From: Lytechinus pictus
Lineage: Eukaryota
DNA: 64,000 bases
NCBI RefSeq assembly: GCF_037042905.1
Contig: NC_087251.1
Span: 620,001 to 684,000 of the forward strand
Reading direction: 5' to 3'
The notes under the pieces are model-generated. The model saw only the letters and a list, made by a program, of their open reading frames with translations, made no database searches and was not told where the DNA came from. Both the position numbers and the translations under genes were made by a program. Below are positions 1 through 13,586 of this stretch, piece after piece (within the stretch, counting starts at the first letter, position 1; each line of letters begins with the position of its first letter).

Positions 1-20
1 CTAAATTTATAAATACAACA

Positions 21-810
21 TCTTAAGCCATTGCCATGGCAACCAGATAACATCTAATTAAAAAAAACATGGATGACAAGGTTATGGACAGGTGAAAAAT
101 ACAATGAAAACTAACTTAATGTACATGCATAAGGTTTGACCTACTCAATTAATTTAGGGGAAATAATATACAGTGAGTGTTCTGCATGAAATAATTAGAA
201 TGATACAGATTGATGTTGCCTTGGTAATACTTGAATTCAACGATAAATATCAATGTTGCAAATGACCTGTTGCCTTAGCAATGGCTCAAGAAAAGTACCA
301 GTTTTGATTAGAAAAAGGACTAGAATCTGATTTTTCTTTCATTTCCCTTAATTTCAGGGTAAGAATGGATATGTTTGCTGTTAACATACAAATAACATCT
401 AAAGCCATTGTCATGGCAACCAAATAACATCTAATTTGAAAAAATAACATGGTTGACATGATAATGGATCTAGGTGGAAAATGCAATCTATAACAATTAA
501 CTCAAGGTTTGACCCAGTCAATTAATTTTGAACAAAGATTACAGTTTCGCATTAGTTCATTAGAATGATAAAATTTGAGGTTGCCTTGGTAATGCTTGAA
601 TTTAATGATAAATATCAATGTTGCATATGGCCCGTTGCCATGGCAACGACTCCTTTTTACCCCAAGAAAAGTACAAAATTTGATCGAAAAACAGTTTATA
701 ATCTGCATTTTGTCATAAATTTCCCCTAATTTTAGGATGCAAAGCATTGTTTGCTGTTGATATACAAATAACTTAAGCCATTGCCATGACAACCAAATAA
801 CATCTAATTT
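21..810. repeat. Diverged ~375-bp tandem repeat (about 2 units) carrying GTTGCCATGGCAAC-like motifs
   Basis: (c)TTAAGCCATTGCCATGGCAACC-like block recurs at ~22, ~400 and ~772; GTTGCCTTGGTAAT block at ~216 and ~580. Confidence 0.7.
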
Positions 811-834
811 CATTGGCTTAATTTGGTTTCTATG

Positions 835-3291
835 CAATGGTTTTAAGGTTGAAGTAGTACATTGGGACTAGTTACAAGGACATCCAGTGGTCTGATGTGT
901 CCAAAACCCTAAGACGGCTTCCAAAAATGGAGTTTGAAATGGCTGTTGATATAAATGGACATAGCTCATTTCATATCCGTCTGCGATATATGATTTTGGT
1001 GTTTACACCATGGTTTCAATGGTCAAGTAATACACTATGACAAGTTACACGGACAGTCAGTTGTCCAGTATATAAAGAAAAAATCCAAGATGGCTTCCAA
1101 AATGGAGTCTAAAATTGCTGTTGCTGCATTAAAAAAATGTAGTTTGTTTATTATCCTGGAATATGTTTATGCCATGGCTAAATGGGTCAAATAATACATT
1201 AGGACAAGTTACAAGGACAGTCAGTGGTCAAGTATGTCCAAAATCCAAGGTGGCTTCCAAAAATGGAATATAAAATAGCCCCTGTTACTCACAAATGGAT
1301 TTCGTGTAATATCTGCCAAGGGCATATTATTTTGATATCTAAACCATGGTTTAAAAGTCAGTAAATACGTCATGTACATTAATTGGAACAAGTTACAAGG
1401 ACAGCTATAACAATTGGAGTCTGTTACTTAAAAATTGACATAGTTCATTTAAAATCCACCAAGGAAAAATTATTTTGGTGTTCACACTTTGGTTTCAAGG
1501 TTTAAAAAATACGTTTAGACTGGTTACAATGATATCCAGTGGTCCATTTTGCCTAAAAATCCAAGAGGGTTTTCAAAATGGCATCGAGAATGACTTCTAT
1601 CACTCAAAAATTATCAGAGTTCATACAACATCCACCTGTGAGAAACAATTTTGGTGTCTACACTGTGGTATGAAGGGACCACTATTACATTAAGACAAGT
1701 AACAAGGATGGTTAGTTTTCAATTTTGTCCAAAATCCAAGGTAGATTCTAAAATTACATCTAAAATTTCATCAAAATGGGTGCTGTTACCAACTCTTATC
1801 TGCTTGCATTTTTAATGAAGGCACCAAAATTATTTCTCACAAGTGGATATTATATCCACTTCAAAGTAACAGTTGTCATTTTAGAACCCATTTATGGATG
1901 CCATCTTGGATTTTCAGGCAAAATGGACAACTATATATCATTGTAACCAGTCCCAAAGTATCATTTGATCCTTGAAACCCTAGTGTAGACACCAAAATAA
2001 CATCCCCAGGTGTATTTTTAATGTACTTTGTCCACTTTTAAGTAACATTAAAACCCCCATTTTTCAAGCCATCTTTGAATTTTTGGACACAATTGACACC
2101 TGACTGTCCTTTCAACTTGACACAATGTACAGTATTAGTTGACCCTTTAAACACTAGTGTAGACACCAAAATCATATCCCCAATGTGTATTATTAATGAA
2201 CTATATGTCCATTTTGAAGTAACAACAGTCAATTTAGACCCCATTTTGGAGGCCATCTTGGATTTTTTAACATACCAGTCCACTGACTGTCCTTGTAACT
2301 TGTTCTAATGCATTAAACCATGGTTTCATGATTATGGTTTAGACATCAAAATCATATTCGCCAGACAGATATTGAACAAACTATGTCCTAATTTATTATT
2401 TGACTCTTGAAACTATGGTTTAGACACCAGAATCACATCTCACAGGCGGATATAGAATGAGCTATGTCAATTTTTAAGTAACAACAGTCAATAATTTTAG
2501 ACCCCATTTTTGTAAGCCATCTTGCGTTTTTTAACATACCAGTCCACTGACTGTCCTTGTAACTTGTCCTAATGCATTACTTGACCCTTTAAACTATGGT
2601 TTAGACACCAAAATCATATTCCACAGACGGATATTGAACAAACTATGTTTATTTACAAGTAACATTAGACATTGTTTTACACCTTTTTTGGAAGCCATCT
2701 TGGAATTTTGGACATACTAGACCACTGACTGTCCGTGTAGCTTGTCCTAATGTATTATCGACCTTTGAAATCGTAGTTTAGACACCAAAATCATATCTCA
2801 CAGGTGAATATAAAAGGAGCTATTCCACTTTAAAGTATCGCAGCCATTTTAGAATCATTTTTGGAAGCCATATTGGATTTTCGAACATACCCGACTGTCG
2901 TTGTAACTTGTCCTAATATTGTTAGACTCTTGAAACCAATGATTTAGACACCAAAATCACATCCCCCAGGCCAATATGAAATGAGCTCCGTCCGCTTTAG
3001 GTATCCATTCGGCAACCATTTTAGATTCAATGTTTTGAAGCCATCTTGGATTTTTGGACATTCTAGACCACTGGCTGTCCCTGTAACTTGGCCCAATGTA
3101 CTACTTGATCCTTATAACCAATGAAAAGAAACCAAATTAAAGCAATTTTATCAAGTAATGGAGGAATTGTGGATTTTTAGCCTACGGCAGCCAGTGAGGG
3201 CACCATCTTGGATTTTCCTGTTACCCTGGAGTAAATTATTTTCAACCTTTCAAACCAGTAAGGGTTTTTTTGATCGTATATTGACCAGTCT
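835..3291. mobile_element. Foldback-type element copy (left end truncated) made of ~180-bp subunits in inverted arms
   Basis: TCCAAGATGGCTTCCAAAAATGG subunits forward in 840-1800 and reverse in 1850-3290; the end GATCGTATATTGACCAGTCT matches the right terminus of the 31967-46179 copy. Confidence 0.8.
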
Positions 3292-3737
3292 TCTTTTCAT
3301 GTAAAATAACCAGTGAATAGATTACACTTCATGTTGAATAAGATTCATATGTCACTTTTTATAAATTTATTCATCTGAATACATGATCTGGTACAAAATT
3401 ATACAGATAAATTCAATCATTGATAGTACATGTAACTTTATTTTGTTCAAAATGTTAATTATATTTCTCATATATTCTTCACACATTAATTCAAGGCATA
3501 CTAACAAGAAAAAAAAACATGTTAATTGGTAGAAGAAGACAATTAACAAATTAAAATCGAATCATACATGCATAAAAGTTAAAACATTTTTCATCATTTC
3601 AGAAAATGATTTTTGTTTTTTGTAACACCATGGGCACTGACAAAGAGTGACTTTGCCTTTCATTTTTGAGAGCTATACTTCATTTTTATTTAAAATCTGT
3701 TTTAATTTATGGCGTTGTTTTCCGAATCATATATGTA

Positions 3738-4959
3738 CAGTGCATCCCAGATAAAAGGAAACCGTAATTTGGTGTAATTTTTTGCCCTCATAATCATGAA
3801 TTTGCTTCATGAGATGTATATCAATGAAAGAAAAGGTTCCCCTCTTTGAAGCCCATCTCAACGTTCGTATATGTAATTCATGCATGACTGAGTTAGAACA
3901 ATGAAAAGTGGTGCTACCAAATTTTCATTTGCACAAGCAAATTACTATTTTAAAGTGAGTTTTCTGGTTTTTACTTCTATCTATTCGCATAACAAAGTTC
4001 GTAATTTCAATATCCATTTTTCATCTTTCAAATGAGACCTTGTGCGTAGAATATGATTGACGCATAGTCAAGAAAAAGTTGCCTGAAAATGCTTGATTTC
4101 TACCTATTGCACTGATCATTGAAAAACAAGCATTTCCAACCAAGCGGCAGACAATGGGCTACAGGTGAATGCGTGGCGAGTGTGATTTTGTGGTTGGCTT
4201 GTGGCTTAAATGTTATGTTTGACTTCTTTCTAACGTGTAAAAAATTGCTTGAAATGATCAGACAAGACCGGGGCAGTGGAATGTTGGAGGGGGGGGGGGT
4301 GTGACCCACTTTAAAAAAAAAAACACCCACGACAAGAATGGCTTTCTCGTCTACACTTGTAAAGAGTGATGTATCCTTATTCTGCTTCGCCTCACAGACA
4401 CCCCCTTCAAACATGTTTCGCCGCCCTTGTAAATTGTAGCAATGCATGAAAACACTGAGAGAAGTTTGAGTTAAAAAATATCAAAATTATTACCATTGTA
4501 ACATTGAATTCCCATAGCCAAAGACTCAAGCCTGCAACAAAGGTTTTTCTTTCCCTCGCCCAAACAGCATTCACCGTTTGCCTATTGTCTGCTGCTTTGT
4601 TGGGAAAACGAAATGTTTGCTTTTCAATAATCCATCGAATTGGTAGAAATCAAGAATATTATCATGTAAATTTTTTTTACCATGCGTCATTAAAATGTTA
4701 CGCATAAATTTGTTTTCCAAATAGAAAGCAGTAAAAGCCAGAAAAATTAGTCACCCAATATCTTTATTTGCTTGTGCAAATGAAAATTTGGTAGCACCAC
4801 TTTCCATTGTTATATTCATGCAAGAAGCATATATTTCCATTCATGTACATCATATGAAACAAATGTATGATCATGATAAGAAAAAAAAAAATTACACTGA
4901 ATTACACTTTTCTTTTTTTCTGGGAAGTACTGATTTCAACAAGAGTTGTACATGCACTG
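3738..4959. mobile_element. Tc1/mariner-like MITE with long imperfect inverted arms
   Basis: TA|CAGTGCATCCCAGA ... TCTGGGA..ATGCACTG|TA; internal arm 3898-3943 is the reverse complement of ~4766-4810; right end ambiguous (4932 or 4959). Confidence 0.7.
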
Positions 4960-5909
4960 TATCAAAATTGAAAACGACCCATTTTCACATTTGATCATTC
5001 AAAGGTTTGAGGAATAAAAAGAAAATTCCTCTTGAAGATTACAAATTCAACAAATTTATTGAACATTCATACTTTTCACTGACTAATACTAGTGGGTTTT
5101 TTTTGTTGGAATTATCTCTATATCCTTAAATAACAGGATTCAACACTTGAAATTCAGTTTTTGTGTGAATTATTTCAGAGATTTTGTACTCTTCAGTTGC
5201 AAAACATGACAAGACATTATTGGTGATTTCCTACATTTTCTTGTAAAATGACATGTTTTAATGGATTCATAATTGTTCTCAAGTATGAAATTATGATGGA
5301 TACGGTGTAGTCTGTGAATAACATTAATTCCCAATTTCATCATGTTCACATGTTGATTCAATACAACAAAATTGCCACTTTTAAATCTTTTTCATATCTG
5401 TAAATGTCACCACAAAGGAATTTATATTTATCATATAGTCAGCAAATAAAAATAGTTAAAGTCTATATAAATTTGTTTTTGAAAAATTTGAAAATTCTTT
5501 CATTGCTGAGTGTCCTTCACATTTTTCAAATATTCACTATTTGGCAAGAAATTATACATACATTTTGAAAAATATATCTGTAATTCATTTTATTTGCAGT
5601 TAAGTCCATTTAAACGGCTCAATATTGATTTTTTACTGAAGATAGAGATGTAGCTAAAATGCAAATGGATTTATAAAAAAAATCTGTTCATTACCAATTT
5701 AATCAATCATTATAATCAAGGACTTATGAAAGGATCTAACTTCATCTTTTACTCCAGGTCTTTCTTGAGTTCAGGGATTACATTTGGGTTACAAATGAAA
5801 TTGATGGCTGTTTGAAGGAGTACTAAAGATATCAGAAACAATCCAGAAACACTTAAAAATCAGCAATCAAACCTTAAACAGCATGCAACAAAAATTCATA
5901 CAAGCAAAA

Positions 5910-6029
5910 CAGGGGCCGCGGAACGGTTTTGAAAGTGGGGGGGCTGAGCCAAAAGTGGGGGGGCTGACCATGCTAAAAATCACAATCATATGGTCATTTT
6001 TACGGTTTTGGAAAAAGTGGGGGCTGAAG

Positions 6030-6063
<34 letters not shown>

Positions 6064-6076
6064 TCCGCGGCCCCTG
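5910..6076. mobile_element. Small MITE with 5-bp TSD (hAT5-like)
   Basis: TIR CAGGGGCCGCGGAAC/GTTCCGCGGCCCCTG; flanking CAAAA duplicated at 5905-5909 and 6077-6081. Confidence 0.8.
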
Positions 6077-6769
6077 CAAAATATCAATAAATACCAAAAT
6101 TTCTTTAGAAAAAAAAGTATTCAAACATAACTCAAACAGATTTACAATATTACAGCCATAACTGTTTTTCACCTTGGTCCTGGTACATAGTAAAAGGGTA
6201 ATCTAATAACAATAATAAAATACACAATTCATATTAATATAAGGCACGACATATTAAGTACATGTAATACAAAACGTGGAAACATCATAATTAAAGGCCT
6301 AGGGTATCATGAAAATTTAGTTTCACATAAGAATATTGCAATATGGGAGAATTTAAAATATGATTTTCTTGGAGTGGACCTAACCCCTTTTGCAACCAAA
6401 CTCTTCAAATAGATGTTTTATTATGTATACTTTAATATTTCTTATTTTTTCTCACTATTATCCTCACCATGGTGGAAATTATATGGCTATGTCAAGTAGC
6501 TCCATGCAATGGCTAAAATATCGGAAATTGTTTGATGTTTAAATAACAGTTGACGTACATTCGCCATAACAACACTCAGAAAAAAAACTTTCGAAAAAGG
6601 GCGCGCCCAATTTGACCTCGCTTTCCTGTTCAACAAAAATTATGATGCAAAGCCAGCTGGAGTTCGTAATTTTGCCTCTGAAAAGTTAAGCATAAACAGC
6701 ACTCCCAGAACCACGTTTACAATCAGCGTTTTGAAAATGCTGATTCTGTCCTCGCAATGGAAGCATAAA

Positions 6770-7030
6770 CACACCCTTTGGCAAGGCTCAATCCACACAT
6801 TGCCACTCTCCCCCCAGGTGATAATGGGTACCCTGTACGAGGTAAAAGTCTAAATAGTATGCCTAGGAATTGAGTCTTAGAACACTTGTTGGAATGCTCC
6901 CCAGGGAGTGGAGGTGTATACATTGTGTGCAGGTATACCAGGATCCGATGACCAGGGTAATAATAATTGTTATGTAAAGTGCTTAGAAACATAATGTATT
7001 AAGTGTTTTATGAATATAATTATTATTATA
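6770..7030 (+). mobile_element. SINE, 5'-truncated, with L2-like tail
   Basis: TTGCCACTCT..CCAGGTG..AATGGGTAC core; TGTAAAGTGCTTAGA tail and (ATT)n end; similar to the reverse copy at 58228-58476. Confidence 0.65.
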
Positions 7031-7478
7031 ACAATATCAAAATAGGATCTCTTTTCATTATGGCATGATTCATCAAAAATATTGAAAGAGAATGCATCAT
7101 TCTGAAACATTTGAATGAGACAAAGGGAGATTGAGTGTTGGTGTCGGAAGCACAATTATATTGCTTTCTCTAATATGAGTTTACAATAACAAATTATCTT
7201 ATCTCAACATCTAGTGAGATTCATTCCTTGACTAGCTTCATTTAAAGTTTGATGCAGTGATGATGTAAAAGTTTTAGCAAACACCATCACCAAAATGTAA
7301 GCCCTGAAATTGAAATTACCAAATGTGTTTACTGGCTTTTAACACTTGCCTGATTGATTCATATATTTAGAAATGGCCTACTTCCCATTTAGTCTTTCTG
7401 CAGGTTTTAAAATGTATTACCTTCAAGTGTATAGCAGTATTTCCCTTAATATTGCATTCAGTACGAGTTCATAATGTG

Positions 7479-7601
7479 TCAAAGGTCACCATGTATATGA
7501 TGATCTTTGAAAGCCATGTGACCAACTACAGGATACTTAGCCTTGTATACATTCCTAAATGTATCTTCCAATGATTTGAATTGCTCATCTGATAGACCAG
7601 T
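7479..7601 (-). CDS. NENF: Neudesin exon 4 (terminal coding exon)
   Basis: cctccttttacAG acceptor; TGLSDEQFKSLEDTFRNVYKAKYPVVGHMAFKDHHIHGDL*; YKAKYPxVG motif; the four exons sum to 441 nt = 146 aa + stop. Confidence 0.93.
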   Translation of the reverse strand, partial: TGLSDEQFKSLEDTFRNVYKAKYPVVGHMAFKDHHIHGDL

Positions 7602-8338
7602 CTGTAAAAGGAGGAATAAGATGAAATGTATTACCAAAGGATTCATTCAGTAATAGCAACCATTTGGTCTAATCTACTATGGTATTACTTGGCTTATTTA
7701 TTTACTTCTTCATCTCTTTTCCTGTCTACTATATGCCCATTGTGTCTTCATAAATACCCAATAGACTTTTATATGCATTGACATCATTGATTGTGCTGAA
7801 GCCATTTCCTTGCATGCATTGGTGATCTGCAGCTGGCACATCACTGACATGATCTGTATTTACGCGTATTCCTATCCTCTGAGGGAGGGCGCTGTGAGAT
7901 TATGATGTCATATGCATATAAGGTCTATTGGTCTATCATTGCTAAATACAGATGAAAGAAACTTACATGTACTTGTAATAAACTTTAAATTTGTGATTAA
8001 TAGATCAATTTTGACTTTTTCTGTTGCAAGAAGCACACCTGGGAAATGATTCTATAATAGATGCGAAAGATTGATATTATTCAATTACTCAATTCTTATC
8101 TTTCAATTATCCAATTTGAAGGCAGTTTGACTTCTATCACATGTATGAAAATCTGTATCATCTATTATTATTTGTATTGAGTTGTTGATATTTGAAAATG
8201 TAAAATGTTGATATGAATAAACCTTTAACTTACATCTAAGATATGCCAGAGGAATCAATTGCAAGTCCTACATGTATAATTGATTTTGAGTCATAGACTG
8301 TACGTGCATTGAATTTTGAGTTTGTAACGTCATCTTAA

Positions 8339-8917
8339 AGGGGAATCCAATCCAACCTTGGTCATAAAATGTTGTGTGGGGAAAGGAGAAAAATAAGTAA
8401 AACAGAATGGTGAAAGTTTGAAAGAAATTGGACAAGCAATAAGAAAGTTATGACTGATCTAAAATTGAGATCCTAAGACTATGCAAATTTCAAATTGGCA
8501 ACTGGGCAAGTAAGTTATAACAATGGGCAAGGACAACTTTCCCATAGGCAGTACTTACAATATCAGGGATTTGTGGTTTCCTCCCAATTACCTATTCCTG
8601 GGGACGTAATCAAAATATAATCCAGGTAGTATATTGTTTTATGTCTCATGTAAGAAAAATATAATTTGAAGTAAATTAAGAAACAAAAAAATACATTTTA
8701 GCCATTATTTGTACTGGAGTACATGGAAGAGTATTCATTGCCTTACATCACTAATGCAGCCAATGTCAAGTCTCCATAGGTATAGTGATTACCAAATGAA
8801 TACAAAATTCCTAACTTCCTTATTGTTTGTCCGATACTGTTCAAACTTTCACTTATTAACTTGTCTGATTTTTCTTTTTCCTCTAAAAACAACTCTTTAT
8901 ATAAGATGGGTTCCCCT
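8339..8917. mobile_element. TTAA-targeting MITE (Kolobok/T2-like)
   Basis: TTAA|AGGGGAATCC ... GGGTTCCCCT|TTAA. Confidence 0.8.
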
Positions 8918-9754
8918 TTAAATCCTACACAACCTATTGAAGAACTTGCCAATTGTAAAAATCAACTTAGTAAATAGAGCCATTATAGAATGACCAAAAG
9001 ATAATAAGCCAAGAAAGTGAAGAGGAAAAACCATGAAAAATTGATACCAGACCAAATAGCCAAAGTGGCGATCAAAATGTAAAAATTAGACCAAGTGGTT
9101 ACAAACTATATTAAACAATATATATTCTCATATAACATAAATATTTTATATGTTATTGATATACAAAATTGTTTGAGAACAAAGGAGTAAGCCTTAAATA
9201 TTTCAAAGACATTTCATCTTGGGGGAAAAAATGAAAGTATGGCCTGAAGCTTTGGTACAGTATTATTTTTTTTACCTCAACATTCATTACTGATCTGAAT
9301 GAAAGGAAGAAAATGATACCATATCTATAGCCCTATCTGATTTGGAGTGTTTGTATATTAACCATTAAAGATGTTGAATTAGAATTTGGTCAAAGATTCA
9401 TTAAACTGATTCTCTAGTATTTAGTAATCAGAAAGTAATTATGCATGAATTGGATTATTATCTAGATTGCTCTTTATTCTTTCTGTCACAATAACTTTGT
9501 GATCGTTCTTACTCTCCTATTTTCTTCTCTCTGCCCCCCCCCCTTGTCACTGACTTCTCTATTTTGTTTAGTATTCTCCCCCGCCTCTTTCTCTCTCTGA
9601 TAAAACAATTCATTAATCACACCTTTTTAAAGTGGGTTATTTTTTTGTTATACATGTGAACGTTGTCCCCGGATTTTGTCATGTCACATGTTTAACAAAT
9701 ATTTCCAATTCAGTCACATTTCAATTCTGTTCAAATCTGTTCAAATTCTGTTCA

Positions 9755-9901
<147 letters not shown>

Positions 9902-10559
9902 TCAGAGAAAGGAAGGGAAAAAGGCATTGTGTGAAACAAGAAAAAATGATAGAAAATAGAATAGAGAAAATTTGTGAGATAAGTAAGATGGGGACGGACA
10001 TAGAATGACAAGAGAGATAAAGAGATAATAATGAGTTAAAAAGAAAATGTGAAGAGGGTGAAAGACGGGCAAATAATATGCAGGTGAGATAAAGAACAAA
10101 ATAGAGAGAGAGAATGAGATCGATAGAGTACAGAGGGGGGGGGGGTTAGAGAGAAGGGGAGGAGAATAAAAATAGGTGAGTTGGAATGATCACAAATATT
10201 ATTGAGCAACATTGAAAAGTTTAGTTTCATGTTCACCTCTCTAGTCATTCAAAATGAGTTTTTGATTCAGAAAAATCTTTTAAAATCTTTACTACGGTAC
10301 CTTATATTTCATTCAATTCAAATAAGGCTATTAATCTGTACAAGTTTAGTTTTAATTAAGCTTTTTTTTTCAAATTCAAAGTTCATTGATATAAATCCAC
10401 ACATTCAAGAATTATCACTGAAAGGAAAAGAGATGAAACTAGCACATCAATGATGTGGAGCTCATCCGGCATCTTGCAACAAAATTTAACACAATTTTTA
10501 ATTTCAGCCCAGTTGACACTGTATTGAATTATATTGGTGACATAAATTGAGGAAACAAA

Positions 10560-11445
10560 ATTGAAATTAATTAAGAAATGCCAGAAGCATTTTTTTTGAT
10601 ATATGAATGAATTTTTGCATAAATTAGCATAAAATTTAAAATTTTTCTAGTCAAAATTTCAAAATTCTATGTAAAAGTTTGGTGAACCTCATGAAGTTCT
10701 ACCAAATTGAAGAAAAAAAAATCAAAATCGGTCAACAAATAAAGAAGAAGCATTTTATGTGAATTTTTAAAAATATGCATAAATTAGCATATTCAATGAG
10801 TTTCAAAATTCTGTGTAGAAATTTTGAATCCCCACCTAGAGCTATCATATAGAGCAAACAAAATTGAAATTGAAATCAACAAATGAAAGAAAAAAAGCAT
10901 TTTTTTGTGATTTATGAATAAATTTTGCATAAATTAGCATAAATAATTTTCTAGTCAAAATTCTGTGTGGAAGTTTGGTGACCCTGATGTAGCTTTACCA
11001 GATGGACGAAAAAAAAATCAAAATTGGTCAACAAATAAAGAGGAAGAGGCATTTTCTGTGATTTTTTAAAAATATGCATAAATTAGCATAACATTTTTAT
11101 TCGGTCAACAAATAAAGAAGAGGAGGCATTTTCTGTGATTTATGAATAAATTTCGCATAAATTAGCATAAATGACTTTCTACTCAAAATTTCAAATTTCT
11201 GTGTAGAAGATTGGTGAAGCTCTACCAGATGGAAGAAAAAAAAATCGGTCAACAAATAAAGAAGCATTTTTTGTTAATTTTGAAAAATGCGCATAAATTA
11301 GCATATCTAATTCTGTGTAGAAGTTTTGAATCCCCCACCTAGTGCTATCATATAAAGCAAACAGAATTGCAATCGGACTTTAAATGACAAAAAGAAGCAT
11401 TTTGAAATTGTGGACTGACAACAGACGACGGATGCCATGCCACAC
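10560..11445. repeat. Tandem-subunit interspersed repeat (GCATAAATTAGCAT / GGTCAACAAATAAAG units)
   Basis: GCATAAATTAGCAT recurs at ~10617, 10777, 10927, 11076, 11155 and 11291. Confidence 0.75.
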
Positions 11446-11909
11446 ACCAAAATCTTTGAAATATCCAATAAGACACTTACAGTTCTTACCACAGCCGTTT
11501 TAGTGCACATGCATTAATATAACCTAGTACCGGTAATTAAATGGAATAGTGACATTCACTTTTGGGGGGTATTTTACCAAAACTAAAGATACACTTTAAG
11601 TAAAAAGTGAGTCAGTCAGTCAGGAAGGAAGCGAGGAAGGAAGAAAGAAATAAAGAATAAAAGGTCCTACTTAATACAAATCATTAAACCACAGGATTTT
11701 AAGTGAACAAAATATAGGTGACGTGTGGTCAAAAAATAAGTGAGATGGAGATGTACACTTTTTGAAGTTTAAAATTTGATATGAAAGCAAACATCTCATG
11801 ACACATGACCTTATTTATTTGACCATTATGCACTATACATATTGAATAGCATTCACATTAAATTCAGATTCCATTCTCAAAAGTAATAAGAGAAACCTTA
11901 GGAAATTAC

Positions 11910-11970
11910 CTTTACCTTGTGACACATCAAACACAACACCTTTTACAGCCATGTAGATAGGTAGATCAGG
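11910..11970 (-). CDS. NENF: Neudesin exon 2
   Basis: tcacAG acceptor; PDLPIYMAVKGVVFDVSQGK+G (61 nt); GTAATT donor; matches the MAPR motif IYxAVKGxVFDV. Confidence 0.95.
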
Positions 11971-13586
11971 CTGTGATAAACAATCAAAAGAATGATTATT
12001 TCTAAAATGCAAATGAAGATGATATGAAAATATTTATCTGAATAAACATGTATAATAAAAAAAATAAACTCAATCATGTTTGTGTAGTAGTAAAATAATT
12101 GAAGCACAGTCTACATTCCTAATGTGGGTTTTTTAGGCAGAGACATTTATCTTGTGGCAGAGCTCAAAGCAGAAAGATTGTGCAATACATGTAACTAAAA
12201 GACAAAACTTGTCTTTTAGTTATGTATGTCATCTTGTCTGACAAGACAAGACATACATGAAAATGTATGTCACAAAAGTCCAGTCCAGAAAAAGACAAGT
12301 AGCACTGGCATAATTTTATATACAATACATCAAATTAAAAATCCCAAAAGAGAGAATTGGAGAGAAGCAGTTTTTAAAAGTTCCATTAATACGAAATGAG
12401 AAAGTTTCAAAACTCAATTTACTTTCTACAATGACTTTAAACTAGCAAAGTTACTTCAAAGTGAAAGGTTTAGTCACTTGTGGGAAGTCTGTTTTTTACG
12501 TTTTTTAGCACAAGATAGGTTGTGCAGTAACTAAAAGACAAAACATACATGAAAATTTATGCGACAAAAGTTCAGTCCATAAAAAGACAAGCAGAAGTTT
12601 GTGGCCATTTTATATTATCCCTTTAGAAAAATGGTCAGAAAATGGCGAAATATGTCTCCATTTTCTCCATGGCTACAAAACGGCTATAAAAAGGCGAAGT
12701 TTGTCCATTTAGTTTTCTCCATAGGACAAGTAACAGCTACAAAATGGCTATAAAAAGGCGAAATTTGTCCATTTGGTTTTCCCCATTGGCTTTAATACAT
12801 GAAACGGCTACCCCCCCCCCCCCCTGCCGCCAAGTTTTGATGAAAGGATGCATTTTTTTTTCTTTTTTAAAATTCATTTATCATAGTCAACTAAATTAAA
12901 TTGGCCTATAGTAAATTTGTCCAATAGCCATTGGGTCTAATACTGATTTGGTTTATTTCCATTTAGCTTTTAGTGACTCCCTCATTTCGTGTAATATCAT
13001 ATCGATTGTTCTAACATGTATTTTAATTTTTTTTATGTGGAAATAATTGAATAAAATAAATAAATAAATGGTCTAATATCAAATCAAATTTGCATAAATT
13101 TGTCTATTGTCCGATTGGTTTAACCTGGCACGGATCCAGGGGGCTGCAAGGGCAATGCCCTTCCCCCCCCCCCAAAAAAAAAAAAGAGAGAGAAAGAAGA
13201 AATAAGAAAAATTATGGAAAAGGGGACCAAGGAAACAACAATATTAAAGATAGACAAACAGATCCAGGGGGGAGCTGAGGAGCCTTGCCTCCCCCAAAAC
13301 GAGAGAGACAGAAAGAGAAAAATAGGAGGGGAAAAGGAGGAGAAAGAGAGGGTAGAAGAAGAAAAATAAAGAAAAAGGTGAAAGAACAGAATTAATAATA
13401 CAGAAACGAACTTCAACCTTTAATATTGTTCATTTGCCTTCTTTTCCTCTTTTCTTTATTTCTCTTTCTTTTTTTGGGAGGGGGTGCCCCTCCAGCTCCC
13501 CTAGACACGTTTTTTTCCTTCTTTTTCCCTATCTTTCTTCCCTCCTTTTCTGTCGATCTCTCTCTCTCAATGGCCATATGTTTATG

